64,000 bases of DNA from Planctomycetota bacterium (GTDB lineage Bacteria > Planctomycetota > SZUA-567 > H5-PLA8): NCBI GenBank assembly GCA_038227875.1, contig JBBRPR010000022.1:1-64000 (forward strand), read 5' to 3'. The translations under genes and the position numbers were made by a program. Below, piece after piece: positions 18,211 through 26,772 of this stretch. The notes beneath the pieces are model-generated. The model saw nothing but the letters and a program-made list of their open reading frames with translations, searched no databases and was not told the DNA's origin. Every line of letters begins with the position of its first letter. Within the stretch, counting starts at the first letter, position 1.

Positions 18211-19020
18211 GTGTTCATGGACATTCGCCTGAGCAACATCATCACCGGCGGTTATTACGTCTGCACGCCACGCTGGAAGGTCGCCGACCGCGAATTTGCG
18301 GACTGCCATCGGCTCTACTTCACGCGGGAAGGCTCGGCGGAAATCACCTGCCACGGCAAAACGTGGAAGCTGGACGGCGGCTACGTCTACCTCTTGCCCG
18401 GCTACGGCTGGATCAAATACCGCTGCTCGAAGCAGCTGACGCTGGATTGGCTCCATTTTCGCGCCGATTCCGTCGAGATGGACCTGCGCGTGACGCAGAC
18501 CAAGCCCGGCCTGCGCTGGCCTGCGAAAGAATGGGCGTTCTGGAAAAGTCTCTACACACGCATCCCCGAAATTGTTAAGACGCGCAGCCCCGAGTTGATC
18601 AGCCGAACGCAAGCAATGCTGTTGTGGCTTTATTCCGAGTTACTGCAACGACCGGAGTCCATCGTACAAAGCATCGACACGCCGCAGATGTACGCGGCGC
18701 TGAAGCCGGCGCTCGATTTCATGAACGCGCGCTTTTCGAGCAACCCGTCGCTCGACGATGTCGCGGCGAGCGTGCACTTAAGCCCGATCTATTTTCACCG
18801 CTGCTTCGCGCAGACCTTTCACGTCACGCCGCACGCGTACTTGCAGAGCAAACGGATGCACGCCGCGTGGGAGATACTCCGCGGCGGCGATGCGACTGTA
18901 TCGCAGACGGCCGAGCGACTGAACTTCGGCAGCCCCTTCTATTTCTCGCGTGCGTTCAAGCGGTTCTTCGGCGTCGCGCCGGTGGATGTTCGGCTCGGAC
19001 GCGCGGCGCAGCGGCCGTGA
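18211..19020 (+). CDS. AraC family transcriptional regulator
   Basis: N-terminal cupin-like domain; LSPIYFHRCF, FGSPFYFSRAFKRFFG. Confidence 0.92.
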   Translation: MFMDIRLSNIITGGYYVCTPRWKVADREFADCHRLYFTREGSAEITCHGKTWKLDGGYVYLLPGYGWIKYRCSKQLTLDWLHFRADSVEMDLRVTQTKPGLRWPAKEWAFWKSLYTRIPEIVKTRSPELISRTQAMLLWLYSELLQRPESIVQSIDTPQMYAALKPALDFMNARFSSNPSLDDVAASVHLSPIYFHRCFAQTFHVTPHAYLQSKRMHAAWEILRGGDATVSQTAERLNFGSPFYFSRAFKRFFGVAPVDVRLGRAAQRP

Positions 19021-19023
19021 AGT

Positions 19024-20727
19024 TCACGCGTAGGCTTTGGCCTCGCACAGCACTTCATCGAGCGTCGTCCAGCCCTCGAAGACTTTGCGCAGGCCATCTT
19101 CCAACAGCGTGTTCATGCCGTCGCGCAAGGCTTGCTGACGGACCTGATCGGCGGTGGCTTTGTTGAAACACAGTTCGCGCAGCCGGCGATTCATCACCAT
19201 GATTTCGTAGATGCCTCTGCGTCCGCGAAATCCTTTGCGGCGGCAGGCGTCGCAACCGGTCGCCGTGTACGTGACACGGCCGGCGAACTGGTCGTCGCGA
19301 ACGCCCAGACTTCGCAACCGCGAGCGATCGAGCTCCTCTGGTCGCTTGCATTCCGGACAGAGCATCCGCACGAGGCGCTGGGCCTGCACCGCTTGAATCG
19401 AGCTGGCGACGAGGAAGGCCGGAATTTTCATGTCCATCAAGCGCGTCAGGGCGCTCGGCGCGTCGGAGGTGTGCAGCGTGGCGAAGACGAGGTGGCCGGT
19501 CAGCGCCGCTTCGATCGCGGCGTGCGCGGTCTCCTTGTCGCGAATTTCGCCAATCAGAATCACGTTGGGCGCCTGCCGCAACATCGCACGCAGCGCGCGG
19601 TGAAACGTCATACCGGTCGCTTCGTTGACCTGGACCTGGTTGATGCCTTCCACGGTGTACTCGACCGGATCTTCGACCGTGATGATCTTGCGGTCGGGTG
19701 TGTTGAGTTCATTGAGCGCCGAATAGAGCGTCGTCGTTTTCCCGGAACCAGTCGGCCCAGTGATCAGCAGCAGCCCGCTGGGCTTGCGCATCAGCGTGTG
19801 CATCAATTTGCTGTCGTCGGCGTGAAGTCCGAGTTGATCGAGCCCGAAGTTGATCGACGCCTTGTCGAGGATGCGCATCACCACCGATTCGCCGTGCGCG
19901 GCCGGCAGCGCCGAGACGCGCAGATCGTACGCGCGCCCGTGGACGCGTACCTGGATCTTCCCGTCCTGCGGCCGGCGGCGCTCAGCCATGTTCAGCGCGG
20001 CCATGATTTTAATGCGCGCGATGATCGCGCCCTGCAGGTGCTTGGGCGGCGCATCCATCTCTGCACAGACGCCGTCGATGCGATAGCGCACGCAGAGGCG
20101 ATCCAGCATCGGTTCGATGTGAATGTCGCTGGCGCGGCATTCGATGGCTTGCGAGATGATCATGTTCACGAGCTTGATGATGGGCGTATCGTCGGCTTCC
20201 TTGGCGCTTTCTTCGTTCTTCAGGCGCTCTTCCTCGATGTTGCGATAGTCGATCACGATGTCCTCGATGCCAGTTTTCAGGACATCCTCCGGATAAAGGC
20301 GCGCGATGGCCGCGTCGATCGCATCGGCCGTGGCGAGCACCGAGTCCACCTGCATGCCGGAGGCAAAATTGATCTGGTCGATTGTATTCAGGTCGAGCGG
20401 ATCGGAGATCGCGACGGTCAGGACCGACTCGCTGTAACCCACCGGCACGGCGCGGTTTTCGCGGCAGAATTCCGCTGACAACAGCGCAACGGCCTCCGCA
20501 GAAACTTCCAGCCCTTCAAGTTCCACCATCTCCATGTTGAACTGCTCAGCCAGCGCGGCAGTGATGTCTTCGACCGTGCAGTCTCCATGACTCACCAGCA
20601 GCTCACCCAGACGCACGCTCTCGCCATTCAACTGCCGCTCCAACGCCGATTCAATCTGCGCGGGCGTCACGCAGCCCATGTCGATGAGGATTTCGCCCAG
20701 CGGGCGTGGTCGAAACGCGTTGGACAT
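19024..20727 (-). CDS. PilB/GspE family assembly ATPase with MshEN-like N-terminus
   Basis: ASDIHIEP, GPTGSGKT, TVEDPVE, IGEIRD, TGHLVFATLH, CxxC...CxxC; tandem (R/P)LGxxLxxxG-x-Q motifs. Confidence 0.93.
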   Translation of the reverse strand: MSNAFRPRPLGEILIDMGCVTPAQIESALERQLNGESVRLGELLVSHGDCTVEDITAALAEQFNMEMVELEGLEVSAEAVALLSAEFCRENRAVPVGYSESVLTVAISDPLDLNTIDQINFASGMQVDSVLATADAIDAAIARLYPEDVLKTGIEDIVIDYRNIEEERLKNEESAKEADDTPIIKLVNMIISQAIECRASDIHIEPMLDRLCVRYRIDGVCAEMDAPPKHLQGAIIARIKIMAALNMAERRRPQDGKIQVRVHGRAYDLRVSALPAAHGESVVMRILDKASINFGLDQLGLHADDSKLMHTLMRKPSGLLLITGPTGSGKTTTLYSALNELNTPDRKIITVEDPVEYTVEGINQVQVNEATGMTFHRALRAMLRQAPNVILIGEIRDKETAHAAIEAALTGHLVFATLHTSDAPSALTRLMDMKIPAFLVASSIQAVQAQRLVRMLCPECKRPEELDRSRLRSLGVRDDQFAGRVTYTATGCDACRRKGFRGRRGIYEIMVMNRRLRELCFNKATADQVRQQALRDGMNTLLEDGLRKVFEGWTTLDEVLCEAKAYA

Positions 20728-20939
20728 GGGCAGGCGCCTCCTGATTTCGCGGAATTGTGGCGAACGAGATACGACTGCTACATTCGTTCTGAACCGGCCG
20801 AGGTATCAAAGGTCAGCGAAAAAGCCGCATGGAAAATCTTCACGTGTGAACGCGGAAATTCCGTCCGCGCTCGAGCCATTTGCAGGCCGTACACTCATCG
20901 CTACCATTATTGGTACACCCGCGAGACAACCGCACCTTC

Positions 20940-22409
20940 ATGAACGCTCCGACCGGCTCCCTTCATCCTGATCACGCCCATCCGCAGCGATGGCTGGCTC
21001 TGATAATTGTGCTAACGGCGGCATTTCTGGCGGTGCTGGATTTCTTCATCCTGAATGTTTCCATCCCCGTGATCATGGCCGATCTGCACGCGTCGTTCGC
21101 GCAGATTCAGTGGCTGATCGCCGGATACGGTCTGGCCTACGCGGTATTTTTGATCACCGGTGGGCGGCTGGGCGATATCTATGGCCGCAAGCGCATGTTC
21201 ATGCTCGGCGTCGGGGGCTTTACGCTCGCATCGGCGCTCTGCGGTTTTGCGCACTCGCCGGAGATGCTGGTCGCCTCGCGCGTGATTCAGGGCTTCATGG
21301 CGGCGATCATGTTTCCGCAGGTGCTCTCGATCATCCTCGTCACGTTTCCGCCGGAGGAGAAGAACCGCGCGTTCAGCATTTTTGGCGCCTCGCTGGGCAT
21401 GGCCGCGATCGCAGCGCAACTGATCGGCGGATTTCTCGTCGACGCCAATCTCTTCGATCTGCATTGGCGGCCGATTTTTCTCGTCAATCTCCCCGTCGGC
21501 ATCGTGTCGCTGATCATGGCGCAGCGCATCGTTCCGGAATCCCGCGCGCCGCACGCGCTGAAATTAGATCTCGGCGGCGTGGCGCTGGGCACCCTGGCGT
21601 TGCTGCTGCTGATGTACCCGCTGGTGCAAGGCCGCGAACAAGGCTGGCCGCCGTGGATGTTCGGGCTGCTGATCGCGTTCGCGCCGGCCACGGCAATCTT
21701 CCTCTTCTATGAAAAATGGAAGACGGCGCGCGATGGGTCCCCGCTGGTCGAACTACCGCTCTTCCGCGACTACGGATTCATGATGGGCCTGCTGGTCACG
21801 CTGGCGTTTTACGGCGGGCTCTCGGCATTCTTCATGACCGTGACCATTTTTCTCCAGGACGGCGCGCACTTTTCGGCCACGCGGACCGGTTACGTCTTCG
21901 TACCGTTCGCCGTGGGATTCCTGCTCGCCTCGACGCTCTCGCCGCGCATCATGAAGTACCTTGGCCGCTACATTCTGAATTTCGGCGCAACGCTGATGAT
22001 CACCGGGCTAGTCTGTATCGACTGGCTGATCCGCACGCACGGCACCACCGTGATGCTGCGCCAACTGCTGCCGATGACGCTGTGCTACGGCTTCGGCCAG
22101 GGCTGCGTCATGCCGCAGCTGGTGAACATCGTGCTGAGCAGCGTCGACCGGACGCACGCGGGTTCGGCTTCCGGGCTGCTGACGACCACGCAGCAGGTCG
22201 CGCTGGCGGCGGGCGTGGCGGCAATCGGCAACATTTATTTCGCGCTGCTGGGTCCGCAGCCGCAAGCGGCGGACTTCTCGCTGGCGCTGGGGCATTCGCT
22301 GCTCTGGAATATTGGGCTGCTGTGCGTGGCGTTCTGTCTGGCGCTGATGTTGCCGCGGAAGGCGAAGCACGAAATTGAGGCGACGCCGGATCACGCCGCG
22401 GCGGTGTGA
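20940..22409 (+). CDS. MFS (DHA2-type) drug/metabolite transporter
   Basis: LDFFILNV, GGRLGDIYGRKR, WRPIFLVNLPVG, many TM helices. Confidence 0.92.
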   Translation: MNAPTGSLHPDHAHPQRWLALIIVLTAAFLAVLDFFILNVSIPVIMADLHASFAQIQWLIAGYGLAYAVFLITGGRLGDIYGRKRMFMLGVGGFTLASALCGFAHSPEMLVASRVIQGFMAAIMFPQVLSIILVTFPPEEKNRAFSIFGASLGMAAIAAQLIGGFLVDANLFDLHWRPIFLVNLPVGIVSLIMAQRIVPESRAPHALKLDLGGVALGTLALLLLMYPLVQGREQGWPPWMFGLLIAFAPATAIFLFYEKWKTARDGSPLVELPLFRDYGFMMGLLVTLAFYGGLSAFFMTVTIFLQDGAHFSATRTGYVFVPFAVGFLLASTLSPRIMKYLGRYILNFGATLMITGLVCIDWLIRTHGTTVMLRQLLPMTLCYGFGQGCVMPQLVNIVLSSVDRTHAGSASGLLTTTQQVALAAGVAAIGNIYFALLGPQPQAADFSLALGHSLLWNIGLLCVAFCLALMLPRKAKHEIEATPDHAAAV

Positions 22410-22627
22410 AGCGCCGGTATTTATCTCGCGCAAAGACGCAAAGGCGCAAAGAATCAGTGAAGGTGTAAGAGGCGAAGTTCAAAACTTCGCCCTCGGCACA
22501 TTAATTAAGTGTACAATTTTGTTCACATGTGCACTTACATAGGTAGACTCAGGCTTTAATTCGGGCTCAAGAATACTGAACAACTTCGAGTCGATCGCAC
22601 ATTAGCTTCTGGGACGAGGGAACGGTA

Positions 22628-24655
22628 ATGAAATCGAAAGTTATCTGTGCGGCTGTGTTGATTTGTCTCGTCTCAGGGAGTGCACGTGCGGCTACAATTA
22701 GCGACGCATTCTGGACATTTACCACCGATAACGATCTCGACGGATTTGTTCAGAGCGCGACGTTGAATTGGACAGAACCATTTGCGGGTGGAGCGACACT
22801 CTACGAAAACATTTTTTACCGACCGACCGGGACCACGAACTGGATATTTTTTCAGCAGACCAGTTTGCATACCGCGGTGGGTACGAGAAGCGTCAGTATT
22901 GTTAGTGGCTCGCACAACCAATACGATTGGGAAATCGATGTCTATGTATTCGGCAATTCCATTGCAGACGACTCTCGATACAGCGGCAATGATGCAGACC
23001 TTTCTGCATATAAGATGGAGTTATCCAGCGAAGACGTCAACGCACCCGTCATCACCAGCAGCCTAACGAAGGCCGGCGTGGTCGGTACCGCGTTCGCCTA
23101 CCAGATCACGGCCACGAACAGTCCGACGAGTTTCAACGCGGTCGTCGCCGGACGGACGGTGCTGCCCTTTGGGCTCACCATCGACCCGTTCACCGGAATC
23201 ATCTCCGGCACGCCCATCGAATTTGGAAAATTCCAGATTACGCTCACGGCATCCAATGGCGGCGGCAGCGGTAATGCCACGCTGAATCTGGATATTCACT
23301 ACCCGGCGCGCGGCGCAGTGGGATTGCCGTTCTACTTCTACTTCTACCCGACCGATAACACCGGCGCGGGGCCGATCAGCAGCACCCCGCTGCCTGGCGG
23401 ACTGTCGCTCGCGGCGCTCGATCCCACCTATGCTGTGCAGGTGGTTGGCAAGTCTGTCGCGGCGGCGATCTACGGTCTGCCCACGACGGCCGGATTCACC
23501 AGCGTCACGTTCACGGGCATGTACACCACCGAAACGATCACCGCAACCATCGACATCTCCATCGATCCGGCGCCTGCGCCGTCGTCGCTGATCACCGGCA
23601 TCACCATTTAGCGCGATCCGGTGCGCGTCAATACGCCCGTCACATTCACGGCCGTCTCGCAACAGCTCGCTACTGGCGCGCAAGCCGTCTTCGTCTTCCT
23701 GCAAGGCAGCCAGGTGCTCCCCGATGGCGTGCAGGTTCCGACGACCTTCGGCAGCGGCGCCGTCACACGGACGTTCTCGACGCCCGGCGATTACACGGCG
23801 TTCTCCGCGGTCTTCGACGGTTTCAACGTGGGCTTCTACACGCAGAATTTCACCGTTCAGGCGCTCGATCCCAGCAGCGCGGTGGCGAGCCTGGCCAGCG
23901 GCACCATCACCAATCCCAACAATGGTCTGGGCATCTCCGTCCCCGATAGCCTCGGCGGGGTGCTGGACTTTGACATCGTCGACAGCGGCACGGCCGCGGC
24001 CGTGCGCGACGACACCGTCGTCAACGACATCTCCGGACGCTCGTCGGTGCAGGGCATCATTGTTGGAAAGAATCGCAAGAACTTCGCCAGCAAGTTCATC
24101 GACAGCGGCATCTATGTGATCAAGTCCAACGTCAACGGCCGCATCGCCCGCCGCATGCTGCCGATCGGCAAGCCGGAAATCGGCCAGCCCCTCTCGTTCG
24201 TGGCGCCACGCGACGACGCGTCGGGAATTCCCGGCCGTACGACGATCTCCGGAAAATTCATCTTCAGCGCGGCCAAGTCCGACCAGGTCAAACTCTCCGG
24301 CACCATCACGCTGCCATCGGGCGTCGATCCGGCGCAGCAGTCGGTCGATGTTGGCGTGGGTAACGTGGTCGAGACGATCATACTCAATAAGGGCTCCGGC
24401 ACGAGCACCGACGGCAAGGTGAAGCTGCAATTGAAGACGTCCAAAAAAGGCCCTTCAAAGTTCTCGGTGACGCTGACCTCGCCGCAGCTTGATACGCTCG
24501 GCTTCGACACCGAAGGCGTTTCCAAGGCACCGAAGTCGTCACTGAACATTCAGCTCGCGTTCGTGATCGAAGGCGTGCCGTACTTCAAAACCGTCCCGGT
24601 GAAGACCAAGACGACCCAGGGCAAGGCGACGACAGTGCAGATCTCCGCGAAGTAG
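22628..24655 (+). pseudogene. secreted Ig/PKD-domain surface protein interrupted by one in-frame TAG (23609-23611): nonsense allele, sequence error or readthrough
   Basis: signal peptide, He_PIG-type Ig repeats (APVITS...GLTID..TGIISGTP); ORFs 22628-23611 and 23621-24655 are in one frame, reading ITI*RDPVRVNTPVTFTA across the stop. Confidence 0.75.
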
Positions 24656-24665
24656 CGAAAACGGA

Positions 24666-24775
24666 AGGACTGAGGAACAAAAACTCCCCGCTTCCGCGGG
24701 GAGTTTTTGTTGTTCAACTTAACGAGCGAAGCGGCGCGCCCCAACCTCAGTCCTCAGTCCTCGGCTCTCAGTCCT
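24666..24775. repeat. inverted (GGACTGA)/(TCAGTCC)n heptamer array bracketing the terminator
   Basis: AGGACTGAGGA ... CCTCAGTCCTCAGTCCTCGGCTCTCAGTCCT. Confidence 0.7.
24676..24711. terminator. bidirectional intrinsic terminator
   Basis: AACAAAAACTCCCCGC-TTCC-GCGGGGAGTTTTTGTT perfect 16-bp stem between convergent genes. Confidence 0.85.
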
Positions 24776-24779
24776 GCCG

Positions 24780-25901
24780 TTAACACGCCCGCGCCCGATC
24801 CATCGTCAGCGCCAGCGCTTTCGAACTGTCCTCGGCGTAATTTAGCAGTGTCGTGCCGAAGATCTTGAACTGTTCCACGCTCATGTCTTGGTCGGTGGGG
24901 AAGACCATGCTGATCGCGGAGATCGTTTTCAGCGAGGTGATGATGCGCATCAGGCCGGGGCGGTAGTTGATCGAATTGATCTGCTGGAACAGCTCCATCG
25001 ATCTCACCGACGGATTGGCCTTAATCAGCTTCTGCAGGCGCGTCGGCATTGATGTCCACGCGTGCTTGCCGTTGCGCACGTGGCCGATCAAGACTTCTCC
25101 GCGCAGATGGCCCTGGCCGCAGGTCAGCTTCACGCGGCACTGATCAGGCGGCATCTTTTCGCGGCTCAAGTGGACCACGCGGCCGTCGTTGATCGTCACA
25201 AAGCCGGCGAAGTTGGCGAGATTCTCCGCTTCGTACAGATTCAAGCTCGTCAACGGCCCAGGCGCGGCGGGGCTGGAGAACGCGCGCGAAATCGCCAGCG
25301 GATCGAGCGTCCCGCAGTTCTCGACGACCGTGCGCAGCAGCGAGAGCGCGTTGCGGCGGTCGTGGTACATCTGGCGCATGGTCTGAACCATCATCGCGAC
25401 GGAGAAAAGTCCTTCCTGCGGCGTGCGGGGAATCAGCGCGTGGCGCATCGCCACGCCGGTTTCCTGCAAGATAAAAACCGAACTGAGGGAACGCTGGTTG
25501 ATCTGGTTGAGCGTCTCCAGAATCGGCATCTGCGTCACGGCCGTGAGCGGCAGATCCAGCACGAGCTGCTCGAAGTAGAGCAATCCGTTGTCGGCGAAAA
25601 CCCGGAAGGTGTCAGTGGCGATCACGCCCCGGCGCGGCGTGCGGATTTTCACGGTCATCACGAACGATTTGTAACTGGGATCGGCCTGGCAGTACCAGCC
25701 GTTGAGGCGCAGCGTGCCGAGCGCGGTGTTGACCAGCGCTTTGTCGGGATCTTTGGGCTGTACAGGTGGCGCGGCCGGGGTACTTAAAGAGGGAGAAGTG
25801 CGAACGTCTTCGAAAAAGGAGACGCCGGCAAACGGATCGGGCGTGGCGCGGCCAACAGATTCCTCGTGCGCTTCGAGCTCGATGTTGTCAGGACTGTTCA
25901 T
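24780..25901 (-). CDS. hypothetical protein, possibly two YbjN/T3SS-chaperone-like domains
   Basis: GGGAG RBS before ATG 25901; repeated ILETLNQINQR / MELFQQINSINYR helices in similar contexts. Confidence 0.6.
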   Translation of the reverse strand: MNSPDNIELEAHEESVGRATPDPFAGVSFFEDVRTSPSLSTPAAPPVQPKDPDKALVNTALGTLRLNGWYCQADPSYKSFVMTVKIRTPRRGVIATDTFRVFADNGLLYFEQLVLDLPLTAVTQMPILETLNQINQRSLSSVFILQETGVAMRHALIPRTPQEGLFSVAMMVQTMRQMYHDRRNALSLLRTVVENCGTLDPLAISRAFSSPAAPGPLTSLNLYEAENLANFAGFVTINDGRVVHLSREKMPPDQCRVKLTCGQGHLRGEVLIGHVRNGKHAWTSMPTRLQKLIKANPSVRSMELFQQINSINYRPGLMRIITSLKTISAISMVFPTDQDMSVEQFKIFGTTLLNYAEDSSKALALTMDRARAC

Positions 25902-26096
25902 GCTCCCATCTCCCATTTTAGTGCGCCTCCCCCAACAACCAGCCGAACAGTCACACGTGCGCACCGATCGACACATTGTGAACTGTCGCCATTTGCAACA
26001 TACCTTGCGAGAACTGCCGAAAGCAAATTTTTCTGTGGATGTTTCTTCCGGATTCGAATTAAAGTTTACGCGCCAGTTCAGCACGTGTGAAAATGA

Positions 26097-26360
26097 ATGG
26101 AGTTTCCTAGAGCGATGACTGTAAACCGACGCGCCTCACGTGAAGCCAAGCCCAAGCCGAAGAAGAAAGAGAATCTGTTCGTGTGTGCGATCGCGATCTT
26201 TGGCATCATCGCCGCGCTCTATTATTTAAAAACGCGTACCGCTCCACCCGACCGCTATGAGACCGTGATCGAGCAACCCAGTCAGCGCCTCGACGCACCG
26301 GACTCGCGGCCGAACGATCCGATCTCGGTTTCGGATAAGCCGCCGCCTGGAAAGAAATGA
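26097..26360 (+). CDS. small single-TM hypothetical protein
   Basis: basic N-terminus, hydrophobic helix LFVCAIAIFGIIAALYYL, Pro-rich tail. Confidence 0.6.
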   Translation: MEFPRAMTVNRRASREAKPKPKKKENLFVCAIAIFGIIAALYYLKTRTAPPDRYETVIEQPSQRLDAPDSRPNDPISVSDKPPPGKK

Positions 26361-26366
26361 GATTGA

Positions 26367-26501
26367 TTTGGCCGGGACGGGGCATATACGGTCGCCGGCT
26401 CGGCCGGTCCGGCGCTGGTCCCCGTGATTTCCGCGTCGCCGACCTCCGACGTCGCACCGCTGACCGTCTCGTTCGATCGACGCTTGTGCCTGAGACATTG
26501 A
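26367..26501 (+). pseudogene. PKD-domain gene remnant
   Basis: stop-bounded frame without a start reads PVISASPTSDVAPLTVSFD, a typical PKD domain opening. Confidence 0.45.
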
Positions 26502-26772
26502 AGATCTCGCCGACAACCTGCCTCGTCTTGCCCGGGCACCAATTGGTGCCCCGCCGAGTAGTCATTTTATCCCGCACAATTTTCGTCGCCGTGTTCACCA
26601 TTAGGCCTTCCCATCCCTATTTCATCATCCGCCCACCCGAGTCCGCGAAAACGCATAACCAGCTAGAGGCCGCCATGCGACGCCCCGGATTTATCTCGTA
26701 TTGATAACCATAAGAGGATACAAATGTAGCGCTTAGACTTACCTTATATAGCAGTTACACCGGGGAGGAGCT

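Noticed and set aside
22428..22494. CGCAAAG triplet repeat and small hairpin after the MFS gene
   Set aside because: Short and single-copy in this window; not enough evidence to call an element or terminator.
23609..23611. Genome-wide TAG reassignment or pyrrolysine
   Set aside because: TAG terminates several conserved genes here (glmS, aroF, esterase) and no pyl genes are in the window.
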